Of a DNA stretch of 52,563 bases, positions 27,906 through 36,157 are shown one piece after another (the first letter of the stretch is position 1; each line of letters starts with the position of its first letter). Origin of the DNA: a virus (lineage: Duplodnaviria; Caudoviricetes). The DNA is taken from positions 1 through 52,563 of IMG/VR virus record IMGVR_UViG_3300030098_003463, one strand, 5' to 3'. The notes beneath the pieces are model-generated. The model ran no database searches and was not told the origin of the DNA. It was given only the letters and a program-made list of their open reading frames with translations. Both the position numbers and the translations under genes were made by a program.

Positions 27906-28504
27906 TGCTTGACCACTTTCATTTCAATGTAACCCCAATCGAAAGGCACCTGAAAAGACTGAGGTTTAATCTCCATTTCAGTGACCACCGAACAGAATTG
28001 ATTGACAGCATCCTGTAAATCGTAAGGGACTGTGTGTCGTGTAACTTCTGGCTCTGGCAATACTGGAAGATTCTGCCCCACAATTTCATTACGCATAGAG
28101 CGTAAGTATCCAGCAGACCACTCTTCCTCTTCTGCTTTGTCCAGTAAGTGGTCCCTGTCTGCCGTGTTCTCCATGCCAGCAACTTCAAGGTGATGGGTCC
28201 ACGACAGATCACGGCGTTCCACAGCAGGAAAAACAGACGCTACCCATGCACAGTTTCTAAGGGTAGTGTCTGATTTTCCTGTAAGAAAAACTGCTTGTGA
28301 GTAAGTATCTGGAAACTTGTTTTCGCCATACAAAATCCAATCTCCAATCCAAAAATTAATATGTTTATGTATGGCTTGAAGAACAACGCCAGCTTTAAAC
28401 CACTCTTCCCATGACGTATCTTCAGGAATCAAGTAGTGACTCTCCACAAAACTACCAGACAGACCAGACACTTTGCTTAAAGTGTCGCCAGACTCACTCA
28501 TCAC
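27902..28504 (-). CDS. LmbU-like helical DNA-binding protein
   Basis: 'WEEW..G...FWIGDWILYG...YSQA...LSWTHH.EVA' pattern. Confidence 0.7.
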   Translation of the reverse strand: MMSESGDTLSKVSGLSGSFVESHYLIPEDTSWEEWFKAGVVLQAIHKHINFWIGDWILYGENKFPDTYSQAVFLTGKSDTTLRNCAWVASVFPAVERRDLSWTHHLEVAGMENTADRDHLLDKAEEEEWSAGYLRSMRNEIVGQNLPVLPEPEVTRHTVPYDLQDAVNQFCSVVTEMEIKPQSFQVPFDWGYIEMKVVKH

Positions 28505-28727
28505 ATCTCCTTTGACTTTGAAAACTCAACAAATCATTAGGCTTACAATCTAAAGCAACGCAAATTTTACCCAAAGTTTTAGCACTAATGTTTCGTTGGC
28601 GACTATTCCATATATCATTAACTAAGTTTTTGTCAGTGCCGCTTATCTCAGCAAGTTTTTTTTGAGAGCAAACGCCACGTGAACGTGCAGTATTTTTTAC
28701 GTTCCAGCAAAGTAGTAAATTGTTCAT
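28494..28727 (-). CDS. Cro/CI-type HTH regulator
   Basis: 'SQKKLAEISG...TLGKICVALDCKPNDLL'. Confidence 0.85.
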   Translation of the reverse strand: MNNLLLCWNVKNTARSRGVCSQKKLAEISGTDKNLVNDIWNSRQRNISAKTLGKICVALDCKPNDLLSFQSQRRCDE

Positions 28728-28796
28728 CTATTAAATATATCCATATAAATGTGGATCGTCAACGATGCCGTGAGATGCTTGTATTTATAATTCTTG

Positions 28797-28826
28797 TTGA
28801 CAAGAATCCACATTGGAGCATATATT
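28797..28826 (+). promoter_or_regulatory. Sigma70 promoter overlapping dyad (operator-like) sequences
   Basis: TTGACA-18bp-TATATT; TTCTTGTTGACAAGAA dyad over the -35; divergent from the HTH gene. Confidence 0.65.
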
Positions 28827-28992
28827 GTGGGCGATAAAAATAGTATCTGGTGGATTTTGTTGGGAGCTATTATTTATACGTTAGCTCTTTTATTTTTTAC
28901 TTAACCTATGCTCTTGGAGAAAGCATAGAAGCAGCACATCGTAGCGGCAATAATGCCGTCCAATATTAATTGCAATTGAAAGGAAACTAATC

Positions 28993-29658
28993 ATGGTAGG
29001 TGTACCCCTTCCCAAAGGCGACTTCGTTCCTCATCCTGCTGGTCAGCATGAAGGAACCATCTTTGAAGTAGAGGTTCGTCTTAATGAGGCAACTCAGTAT
29101 GGTCCAAAGAATCGGGTCATACTGAAAATTGAATCCGATACTAAAATGAAAGATGACAACGGCAATCCCATCTTAGATGATGATGGTTTTGAACGTGGAT
29201 TTGTCATTTGGGATTGGTTAACTGTTGCTCGTAAGCAAGGGTCGCGGTTTAGAGATCGCCGCGAAGCAGTGCTTGGCCGACCACTGAGTGAGGCAGAAAC
29301 ACGTGCCGATGAAATGGACCCCAACGAAGAGTTTGGGGGAAAGAAAATAGCTTATGTTGTCAAACATGCTCCCGGCAAAGAAGCTGGTCAAGTGTATGCT
29401 AACATACAAGCTATGTGGCTGGCTGGTGGAGCGGCTGAATATGATGAAGAAGCTCCAGCATCTGATGCCGTTACAAAGCGTATCAAGAAGCTTGAGTCTG
29501 CTTTAGACTTGAACACTGAAGAAGTTAGTGGTGTTCGTCAAAAATATTTGAAGACCGAATCTTTGGATAGCATATCTGGCAAGTTAGCCAGTAACTATAT
29601 CAAAGAATTAGAGAAGCAAATTCCCGTAGAAGACGAGGATGATGGTCTTCCTTTTTAA
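28993..29658 (+). CDS. Single-stranded DNA-binding protein-like
   Basis: 'P.G.H.G.I..VE' OB-fold-like start and acidic tail 'EDEDDGLPF'. Confidence 0.6.
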   Translation: MVGVPLPKGDFVPHPAGQHEGTIFEVEVRLNEATQYGPKNRVILKIESDTKMKDDNGNPILDDDGFERGFVIWDWLTVARKQGSRFRDRREAVLGRPLSEAETRADEMDPNEEFGGKKIAYVVKHAPGKEAGQVYANIQAMWLAGGAAEYDEEAPASDAVTKRIKKLESALDLNTEEVSGVRQKYLKTESLDSISGKLASNYIKELEKQIPVEDEDDGLPF

Positions 29659-29691
29659 TAACCCATAAAAGTTCTATAAAATTTTTACCCC

Positions 29692-29730
29692 ACAGGGAGC
29701 AAGGCAATTCGGTCTTGCTCCCTGTTTTTA
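29692..29730 (+). terminator. Intrinsic terminator
   Basis: ACAGGGAGCAAGGC/GTCTTGCTCCCTGT followed by T-tract. Confidence 0.8.
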
Positions 29731-29754
29731 ACCCAACCATAGGAGACTTGCCAA

Positions 29755-30573
29755 ATGGCAAAGCAACCTGAAGGTGTAAGCAAGAGCGACATGTTTTACG
29801 TAGACAACCCCGATATGATTCAAATTGTAGAGGGGTTCAATCACCGCGAAGACTTTTCAGACTTAAACAATCTGGTGGAGTCTATTATCCAGCGTGGCAT
29901 AGATACGCCACTACATGTCCGTAGGAACCGTGGCAACAAAGAACAGCCGTTTGCACTGGTAGCAGGAGAACGTAGGCTTAGAGCGGCTAAGATGGCCCAT
30001 GAAAATGGTGCTGGTCATATCCGCATTCCCGTCATCGTCAAGCAAGTAGATGACAAGCAAGCGTTTGAGGATAGCGTAGTAGAGAATATCGAACGCAAAA
30101 ACCTGAACCATGTCGAAGAGTCTAATGCTGTAGTTCGCATGGGACAGTTTGGATACAGCGTCAAAGAAATTGCCAACAAGTTCAGTCGCTCTGATCAGTG
30201 GGTAAGAGAGCGTCAAGTATTAGCAGAGGCGCACAGCGAAGTAAAGAAAGCTGTGATCAAGCGCAAGATTCCTACCGATGTAGCAGTAGGATTGGTCAAA
30301 GCCACAGACCTACCAAAGCAAGTAGGTGAGCTAAAAAAGATCCTTGTAAAAACTCAGGGATCAAAGAAAAATACTCGCAAAGCAGCAGCAACAATTATAG
30401 GAAAGAAGGTGCGTCCTGCAATAAAAGATTTAGAAAAAGTTAGGACAGCAGTGACTACTGCAGAGGGAATGGACGAAGCAAACCGAGAAATATTCTTAGC
30501 TGTATTAGAGTATACTTTAGGAGAGTTACCTGAAGAAGACCTTGGTCATTTCATTGATGTCCTCTGTGAGTAA
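29755..30573 (+). CDS. ParB/Spo0J-family protein
   Basis: 'LVESIIQRGI.TPL.V', 'LVAGERRLRA', 'ENIERKNL', then an HTH. Confidence 0.88.
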   Translation: MAKQPEGVSKSDMFYVDNPDMIQIVEGFNHREDFSDLNNLVESIIQRGIDTPLHVRRNRGNKEQPFALVAGERRLRAAKMAHENGAGHIRIPVIVKQVDDKQAFEDSVVENIERKNLNHVEESNAVVRMGQFGYSVKEIANKFSRSDQWVRERQVLAEAHSEVKKAVIKRKIPTDVAVGLVKATDLPKQVGELKKILVKTQGSKKNTRKAAATIIGKKVRPAIKDLEKVRTAVTTAEGMDEANREIFLAVLEYTLGELPEEDLGHFIDVLCE

Positions 30574-30580
30574 GTAGACT

Positions 30581-30625
30581 AAATCAATGTGGTGGGTGCC
30601 TTGATTTTACCCACCACATTGATTT
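30581..30625. terminator. Perfect 17-bp inverted repeat
   Basis: AAATCAATGTGGTGGGT / ACCCACCACATTGATTT. Confidence 0.7.
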
Positions 30626-30657
30626 CTAACTTAATTAATAACAAGGAGTTGCAATGA

Positions 30658-30990
30658 ATGAAGGTTTCTTTTAAACCCACACCTCAAGCACCAAGAAAGC
30701 CAATATTACAATACGATTGGGGCGACAATCCTGTTTGGCATATAGACATACCAAGTCATTCTAATCCAAGTTTTTTTTGGACCGTTACTTACTCTAAAAA
30801 CGGAATGTTTACTTGCAATTGTCCTGCACACAAAACAAAAAATAATTGCAAGCATATAAACCAAGTTATGATTAAATTAGGAGAAGAGTTTTTGTCTTTG
30901 TGCCTTACTAAAGACAATCAGTTGCCCTTGCTTTTGCTCAAAGAAATTTTTGCAAAAGCATTCGACAAGCATATATACTTCGATAGTTAG
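30658..30990 (+). CDS. SWIM zinc-finger protein
   Basis: 'FTCNCPAH...CKHI'. Confidence 0.75.
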   Translation: MKVSFKPTPQAPRKPILQYDWGDNPVWHIDIPSHSNPSFFWTVTYSKNGMFTCNCPAHKTKNNCKHINQVMIKLGEEFLSLCLTKDNQLPLLLLKEIFAKAFDKHIYFDS

Positions 30991-31000
30991 GAATTGCCTT

Positions 31001-31258
31001 ATGAATGAGAACAATTTAATTAGCGACAAAGGAGAATTGCTTTGTAGTATACTTCCAAACCTTAACAAAGCCGATGCGTTTATATGCTTTGGGGTTACAT
31101 TCAATGAAACTGGCAATGACGAATTAGCCGTTGCAAGTTTTGGAGATCAAGAGGGTATCGTAGCTGCTATAGCCTACCTGTTAGCAGACACTACTTACAA
31201 CGACCTGTTGCCTGTTATACTTGAAACGATAGTTCGTATCAACTCAGAAAGTAGTTGA
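31001..31258 (+). CDS. Hypothetical protein
   Basis: ATG at 31001 after AGGA. Confidence 0.55.
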   Translation: MNENNLISDKGELLCSILPNLNKADAFICFGVTFNETGNDELAVASFGDQEGIVAAIAYLLADTTYNDLLPVILETIVRINSESS

Positions 31259-31283
31259 CAAAATATGTAGATATATGTATATT
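31255..31283 (+). promoter_or_regulatory. Strong sigma70 promoter
   Basis: TTGACA-17bp-TATATT. Confidence 0.8.
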
Positions 31284-31289
31284 TGTAGA

Positions 31290-31810
31290 CAGACTTGAAT
31301 GATGAAGGCATTCATTGTAATTTCTTTGCTGCCTCCTTTACCTCCCCCAAGGCGGATTGGTGGACACCACACTGTCGCGGTTGTGGTAATAACTACAGCA
31401 AAGACAAACCAGTAAGCGTGTTGCCTTCATCAACATGCTTGCTGGTTTTTTTGTTTACCTTGTGTGTTTTCGTAAGTCTCGACAGGGGAGTGGAGCTTAC
31501 GGAATTTAATGGGGAGATACCACACAAGGAGGTGAGTAGGAAGTAGCGAGATGGATAGCAAGTGTGCAGGGATACACTCTGCCGTCTGGGGATGTTTATC
31601 TTGCCGTGACCTTCCTACTCACCGCTTTTACTTGGGTCTGCGAAGCAGATCCAAGATATATACTTGCTTCGCAAGACAAGGGAAAAGGATAGGAAATAGA
31701 ATGCAGTCTTTAAAGCTTTACATACATAGGCGTAATCAGTACAGCCTGTACAGAATGCTTAAGCCTGTATATTGTCATCTCCCTACGGGAGATGCGCGTA
31801 CGCGCGTTAT
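31290..31810 (+). ncRNA. Candidate structured ncRNA/leader (with internal terminator at 31408-31452)
   Basis: Contiguous hairpins, G-U pairs, a UUCG loop, complementary loops; starts just after the promoter. Confidence 0.6.
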
Positions 31811-31828
31811 ATAGGAGTCCTCTTAGTA

Positions 31829-32179
31829 ATGAAAATTCCTGCCAGAGAAGTATCTGCGCCATTGCCAGCACCACGCTGGAAAATGGAAGAGCTTGAAGCA
31901 GAGAAGCTTGTTGCCAAGCTTGTTGACAAAGTAGATTTGTCATACCCAAGAGCAGTCAAAGACAAGTCGATTAATTTACAGACTGCTCTTGCCATTGGTG
32001 TTGTTAAGGCCATGTTGAAGATGGCAGAAAAGGAGGGGTTATCACTTAAACAAGTAGAAAGTCTTGACTTGATGCAGTTAATGTTAGACCTCATATCCGC
32101 AGACAGAGACATTAACAAAGGAGAAATTTTAGACAAATACTTACAGCACAACTCAATTTATTTACCACCTAATCAGTAG
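31829..32179 (+). CDS. Hypothetical protein
   Basis: ATG at 31829 after AGGAG. Confidence 0.6.
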   Translation: MKIPAREVSAPLPAPRWKMEELEAEKLVAKLVDKVDLSYPRAVKDKSINLQTALAIGVVKAMLKMAEKEGLSLKQVESLDLMQLMLDLISADRDINKGEILDKYLQHNSIYLPPNQ

Positions 32180-32189
32180 GAAGAAGCGT

Positions 32190-32972
32190 ATGCCACTGAC
32201 CAAAGAAGAAGAAGCTTTGAGTGCAGAATATTTTAAGGATGCAGCAGAGCTATTAGAAAAAACGTATCGCCGTTTTTATTCTGGTAAAAGAGAAACTTTA
32301 TTTGCAGAGGATCTGGATGTGTTGTGGAACAACGTCCAGCCTATGAATGGATACGAGTTTTTGTTGTCTTGCAAAAAGCATATTAGCGACTTTACTGGCG
32401 ATGACCGCAATGCTGGCGATTGGTTTCCTACGCCAGCTAACCTAAAGAAACATGCTGTGTCGGTTGAAGCAGAGCGCGTTGCTGAACATCAAAGGATGAG
32501 AGCAGAAGAAGCAGAAGCAAGAGGGCAAAAGGTTTCTCTTGGCAAAAACTTTACCACAGTTGCAATTGAAGACCCATACTTACAGGCTATGATGGGCAAA
32601 AAATTTGTTGAATGTTTGAGCGGAGACTCAGCACGTTGTCAGTTTTGTTATGACTCAGGGTATGTAAGGTTCTACTACTACCCTGAGAAAAAAACACACA
32701 TTTTTTTAGGAAAGGAGTGGTTAGATTTATGGGATAGAAACAAAAAACAAGCAGAAGAGTTTCGTATGGCATTAGCAATCTGCGATGAATGCGAAGCCGC
32801 AAAGGACGTTCTTTACAAAGAGAACGAAAAGGAAGAAAGGTTTAGGTTGCCTATGCTTTTTCACATTAGAAAGCTGGTAGCTCGTAGAAAAAATAAGCAC
32901 AAAGAAATATTACGCCGCAAAGATCTTGCGGCAGGAGATCGAACTCAATTGATTGGAGCAAGTTATGACTAA
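32190..32972 (+). CDS. Helicase loader/inhibitor-like replication protein with Zn-finger
   Basis: 'CKKHI...WFPTPANLKK' (G39P/lambda-P-like pattern), CxxC.xG and CxxC. Confidence 0.5.
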   Translation: MPLTKEEEALSAEYFKDAAELLEKTYRRFYSGKRETLFAEDLDVLWNNVQPMNGYEFLLSCKKHISDFTGDDRNAGDWFPTPANLKKHAVSVEAERVAEHQRMRAEEAEARGQKVSLGKNFTTVAIEDPYLQAMMGKKFVECLSGDSARCQFCYDSGYVRFYYYPEKKTHIFLGKEWLDLWDRNKKQAEEFRMALAICDECEAAKDVLYKENEKEERFRLPMLFHIRKLVARRKNKHKEILRRKDLAAGDRTQLIGASYD

Positions 32973-33873
32973 GCAAATAGCAATGGGAAAATTGCCACAT
33001 GACGTAGAGATATTTGAAGTTACTCCGACTGTAGCAAAAGAGTATTTGGACGGCACGTTTGACAGAAATCGTCCAATTGTAGAAAATGCAGTTGCTCACT
33101 ATACAGAACAAATGAGGCAAGGAAACTTTTTAGTTGCAACTCCTTTGATAGTAGCGATAGTAGAAACAACTAATCGCTGTGTGTTAGTAGATGGACAACA
33201 CAGATTGTCTGCAGTTATTCGTTGGAAAAACAAACTAACTTTTACTCTTCTTACATACTATCTAAAGGACGAAGATCAGTTGGCTGATCTATATGCTTGC
33301 ATAGACGTAGGTAGGAGTAGAAATCTTACTGACAATGTAAGAGCGCAAGGCTTTGAGCAAGAGTCTGGTTTAAGCAAAGTTGAGGCTACTCGTTTCGTTT
33401 CTTCTATTTTGTGGGCAGAAAGAAAAGACACTGCCTTTATGCACAAAACATCAATGGCTGGTAGCTATGCAGATCAAATCGAGAATGCCCGTGGTTGGCT
33501 AACCGAAGGCACTGAGTATTTTAGATGTGCAAGAGAAGCTACGGGATTGATGAAAAAATTAGGCCGCAGAAAACCTATAGTTGCTTGTGGTTTAATTACG
33601 TTTAGAGGACAACCCAATAGAGCTACTCAGTTTTGGCGTGGTGTATTTTCTATGGACAACATTGCAGCTAATGATCCAAGAGGTAAATTGCACCACAAGA
33701 TTATTGAAACATCACAAGACAGAACAGCACATGGCAGTGTCGGCGCAGTTTTATTAGCCAGAATTATATGCACGTGCTGGAATGCTTACATCACTAATCG
33801 CCAGTTGACCGTAATTAAACCTATCAAAAGACTTGCATTTCAACGCTGTAATTGGAGAGAGGAAATAAAATGA
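32965..33873 (+). CDS. ParB/Srx-fold (DGQHR) protein
   Basis: 'VTP..AKEYL...NRPI...LVDGQHRLSAVI...IDVGRSR'. Confidence 0.75.
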   Translation: MTKQIAMGKLPHDVEIFEVTPTVAKEYLDGTFDRNRPIVENAVAHYTEQMRQGNFLVATPLIVAIVETTNRCVLVDGQHRLSAVIRWKNKLTFTLLTYYLKDEDQLADLYACIDVGRSRNLTDNVRAQGFEQESGLSKVEATRFVSSILWAERKDTAFMHKTSMAGSYADQIENARGWLTEGTEYFRCAREATGLMKKLGRRKPIVACGLITFRGQPNRATQFWRGVFSMDNIAANDPRGKLHHKIIETSQDRTAHGSVGAVLLARIICTCWNAYITNRQLTVIKPIKRLAFQRCNWREEIK

Positions 33874-34454
33874 ATACATCAGATCATTCACAAAAAGATT
33901 GGGCAGCAAATATGTTTTGGGAAAATGAAACTCGTATTAGGAAAGAAGAGTTTGACTACCCAGATCACATTGACTTAGATGTCTTAGAAGCTTTAGCAGA
34001 AACAAGAGATATCATAGCAAAGCCTATGTATTTTACTTACCTGACTAAAGGCCCACTAAGGTCGCTGCGCCACCCGATGGGCGATGCTGTTGACCCACAT
34101 TCAAATAGTCACGCTGGCTTTTCTTTACACAAATGGGGTATAGACCACAGCAGGAGCAAAGAAGAAAATGCGATTATTGAAAACACGTTCTCAAAAGCCA
34201 AAGCTTTTGATTGGGATTGCAATTCTAATAGCGATGATGAGTTGTTTGAAGTTTATCTTTTGCTTGCTCAGAAAACAAGATGGACAGGAATCGGAGTCTA
34301 TCCGTTTTGGAACAACAAAGGGTTTCACACCGATATGAGAGATGTTGACCACCCATCTTTTAACGCACATTGGTTTAGAATGAAGGATGGTAGCTATCAC
34401 CGCCTTACTTGGCCTAACTGGAAGAGAGAAATCATTGGGTACTCTAGCCGCTGA
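33870..34454 (+). CDS. Peptidase M15-like (possible endolysin)
   Basis: 'SLH', 'AFD', 'TGIGVYP', 'GFHTDMR' Zn-ligand pattern. Confidence 0.6.
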   Translation: MNTSDHSQKDWAANMFWENETRIRKEEFDYPDHIDLDVLEALAETRDIIAKPMYFTYLTKGPLRSLRHPMGDAVDPHSNSHAGFSLHKWGIDHSRSKEENAIIENTFSKAKAFDWDCNSNSDDELFEVYLLLAQKTRWTGIGVYPFWNNKGFHTDMRDVDHPSFNAHWFRMKDGSYHRLTWPNWKREIIGYSSR

Positions 34455-34911
34455 AACTCCGAAAGGACAAGCTTATATTCAAAAAGAAAAGCTTTTAGCT
34501 GACTTTATTGCTAGTAAATTCAACGCTACGGCAATAGAACTTGGTAGCAATAACGCATATGTAGATAGATTGTTTTATCGAAACGGCAAATTAGTTTCTA
34601 TAGCAGAAATTAAAAACCGTGAGTTGTCTATTGAAAAACTGTATAAATATAATTCGTATCTTATTTCACATGACAAAATAAAACATGGCGCAAAAATTTC
34701 TGAGCTATTAAAAGTGCCTTATTTTATTTTTGTGCATCTGATAAGATCTGGTAAAATTGTTTATTTTCAAATTACAAATGAAGAGGGGTTAGAAATATCT
34801 GACTACACTATTAGGCAAACAGAAACAAAAGCAGACTGCAATGGAAGTCTTGCATTCAGATACAATGCTTTTTTAAGTTTAGATCAAATGACTGTGATAG
34901 ATGCTTTATGA
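34387..34911 (+). CDS. PD-(D/E)XK nuclease-like protein
   Basis: 'VDRLF...IAEIKNR'; start uncertain. Confidence 0.6.
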   Translation: MVAITALLGLTGREKSLGTLAAETPKGQAYIQKEKLLADFIASKFNATAIELGSNNAYVDRLFYRNGKLVSIAEIKNRELSIEKLYKYNSYLISHDKIKHGAKISELLKVPYFIFVHLIRSGKIVYFQITNEEGLEISDYTIRQTETKADCNGSLAFRYNAFLSLDQMTVIDAL

Positions 34912-35450
34912 CAATAAAAGGGCGTTGGACTGAAAAAGATTTAAAGAAACTAAAAAAGAAACAGTCTAAAGCCCTGCGTAAAAACTCTCGCACAAGACGT
35001 AAAATATCTACTGAAACAGGAAACGCTATAGTGCCTAATGCTATGGGCGTTTTTGCTGGAAGACGTAAAGACATACAAGACAGTAGGACTGACAAGCGTC
35101 ATCCAGATGGTTTATATTTGCGATCTCGTTGGGAAGCAAACTACGCACGATACCTAATGTGGCTTGAGTCAAGGGGAGAAATACAACGGTGGGAATACGA
35201 GCCTGATACTTTTTGGTTTGAAAAAATTAAAAGAGGGGTTCGTTCATACCTGCCAGATTTTAAAATATGGAAAACCGCAGACTCCGAGCCTTATTACGTA
35301 GAGGTAAAAGGTAACATGGACAGCAAGTCAGCCACAAAACTTAAAAGGATGGCTAAGTACTACCCTGACGTTTCTTTAGAGTTATGTGATGCTCATGTTT
35401 ATAACACCATTAGAACAAACTTTAAAAAAATAATTCCTAATTGGGAATGA
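34908..35450 (+). CDS. PD-(D/E)XK endonuclease (DUF1064/TnsA-N-like)
   Basis: 'RSRWEANYA...WEYEP...YLPDF...VEVKG'. Confidence 0.8.
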   Translation: MTIKGRWTEKDLKKLKKKQSKALRKNSRTRRKISTETGNAIVPNAMGVFAGRRKDIQDSRTDKRHPDGLYLRSRWEANYARYLMWLESRGEIQRWEYEPDTFWFEKIKRGVRSYLPDFKIWKTADSEPYYVEVKGNMDSKSATKLKRMAKYYPDVSLELCDAHVYNTIRTNFKKIIPNWE

Positions 35451-36157
35451 TAAAAACAATACCTGCCATAATTTTATTTTTGCTTTATAGCAATGCAAAA
35501 GCTGACAGTGGCATTGCTATGTCTTATCGTTCTATTCCTGCTTACATTACCGAAAACAATGACATAAGCTACAGAACTATTGAAACTGCTATGTTTACTT
35601 GGTATATGGATGACACGTTTAGAGGAAGAGACAAACCCAAAAGCAAACCCATTAAATGGTTAGGTTGGCTTGACACGCGCAGGGGTGCGGGATACACCGT
35701 GGCGTTAAATTTTTTGTGGGGAAATTTAGATAGGACGTTAAACGTCTACGCCGCAGATCTTTTGATTGGCAAAAGGTTTTTTGTATTGCCGCACCTCTGC
35801 CATATTTACTGGAAAATTGGCCCATCTTTACTGAGCGAAAACTGGTATACTAAATCAAGGTCTGTGTATAGATTGGTTTCATCTAAAGAAAATGTATTGT
35901 TTGGCATGGTAGCTAACATAGGATTACAGCTACAAATATTCAAAGGCATTAAAGTTTTTACAGAAGCTGAATTTAGAAACTATGGACCTCTTACTAGTTA
36001 TAGATCAGCCAACAAAATAAATCTTGTTAACAAGATACCGTTTACTGAACGAGAAATTTCAGATCATTACAATGAATATGACCGTCACCAAGGAGTAACT
36101 GCTGCCAAAAAATTAATGCGCGAAAGTTTAAGGTTTGGTATTAGGTTTACTTTTTAG
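35447..36157 (+). CDS. Outer-membrane beta-barrel protein (putative)
   Basis: Signal peptide (..SNAKA), amphipathic strands, C-terminal 'RFGIRFTF' beta-signal. Confidence 0.65.
   Translation: MIKTIPAIILFLLYSNAKADSGIAMSYRSIPAYITENNDISYRTIETAMFTWYMDDTFRGRDKPKSKPIKWLGWLDTRRGAGYTVALNFLWGNLDRTLNVYAADLLIGKRFFVLPHLCHIYWKIGPSLLSENWYTKSRSVYRLVSSKENVLFGMVANIGLQLQIFKGIKVFTEAEFRNYGPLTSYRSANKINLVNKIPFTEREISDHYNEYDRHQGVTAAKKLMRESLRFGIRFTF

Noticed and set aside
31295-31814. ORFs 31295-31546 and 31551-31814 as genes or a type I toxin
   Set aside because: The first starts at the predicted TSS with TTG and spans a terminator; the second has no suitably spaced RBS. Neither is fully excluded.
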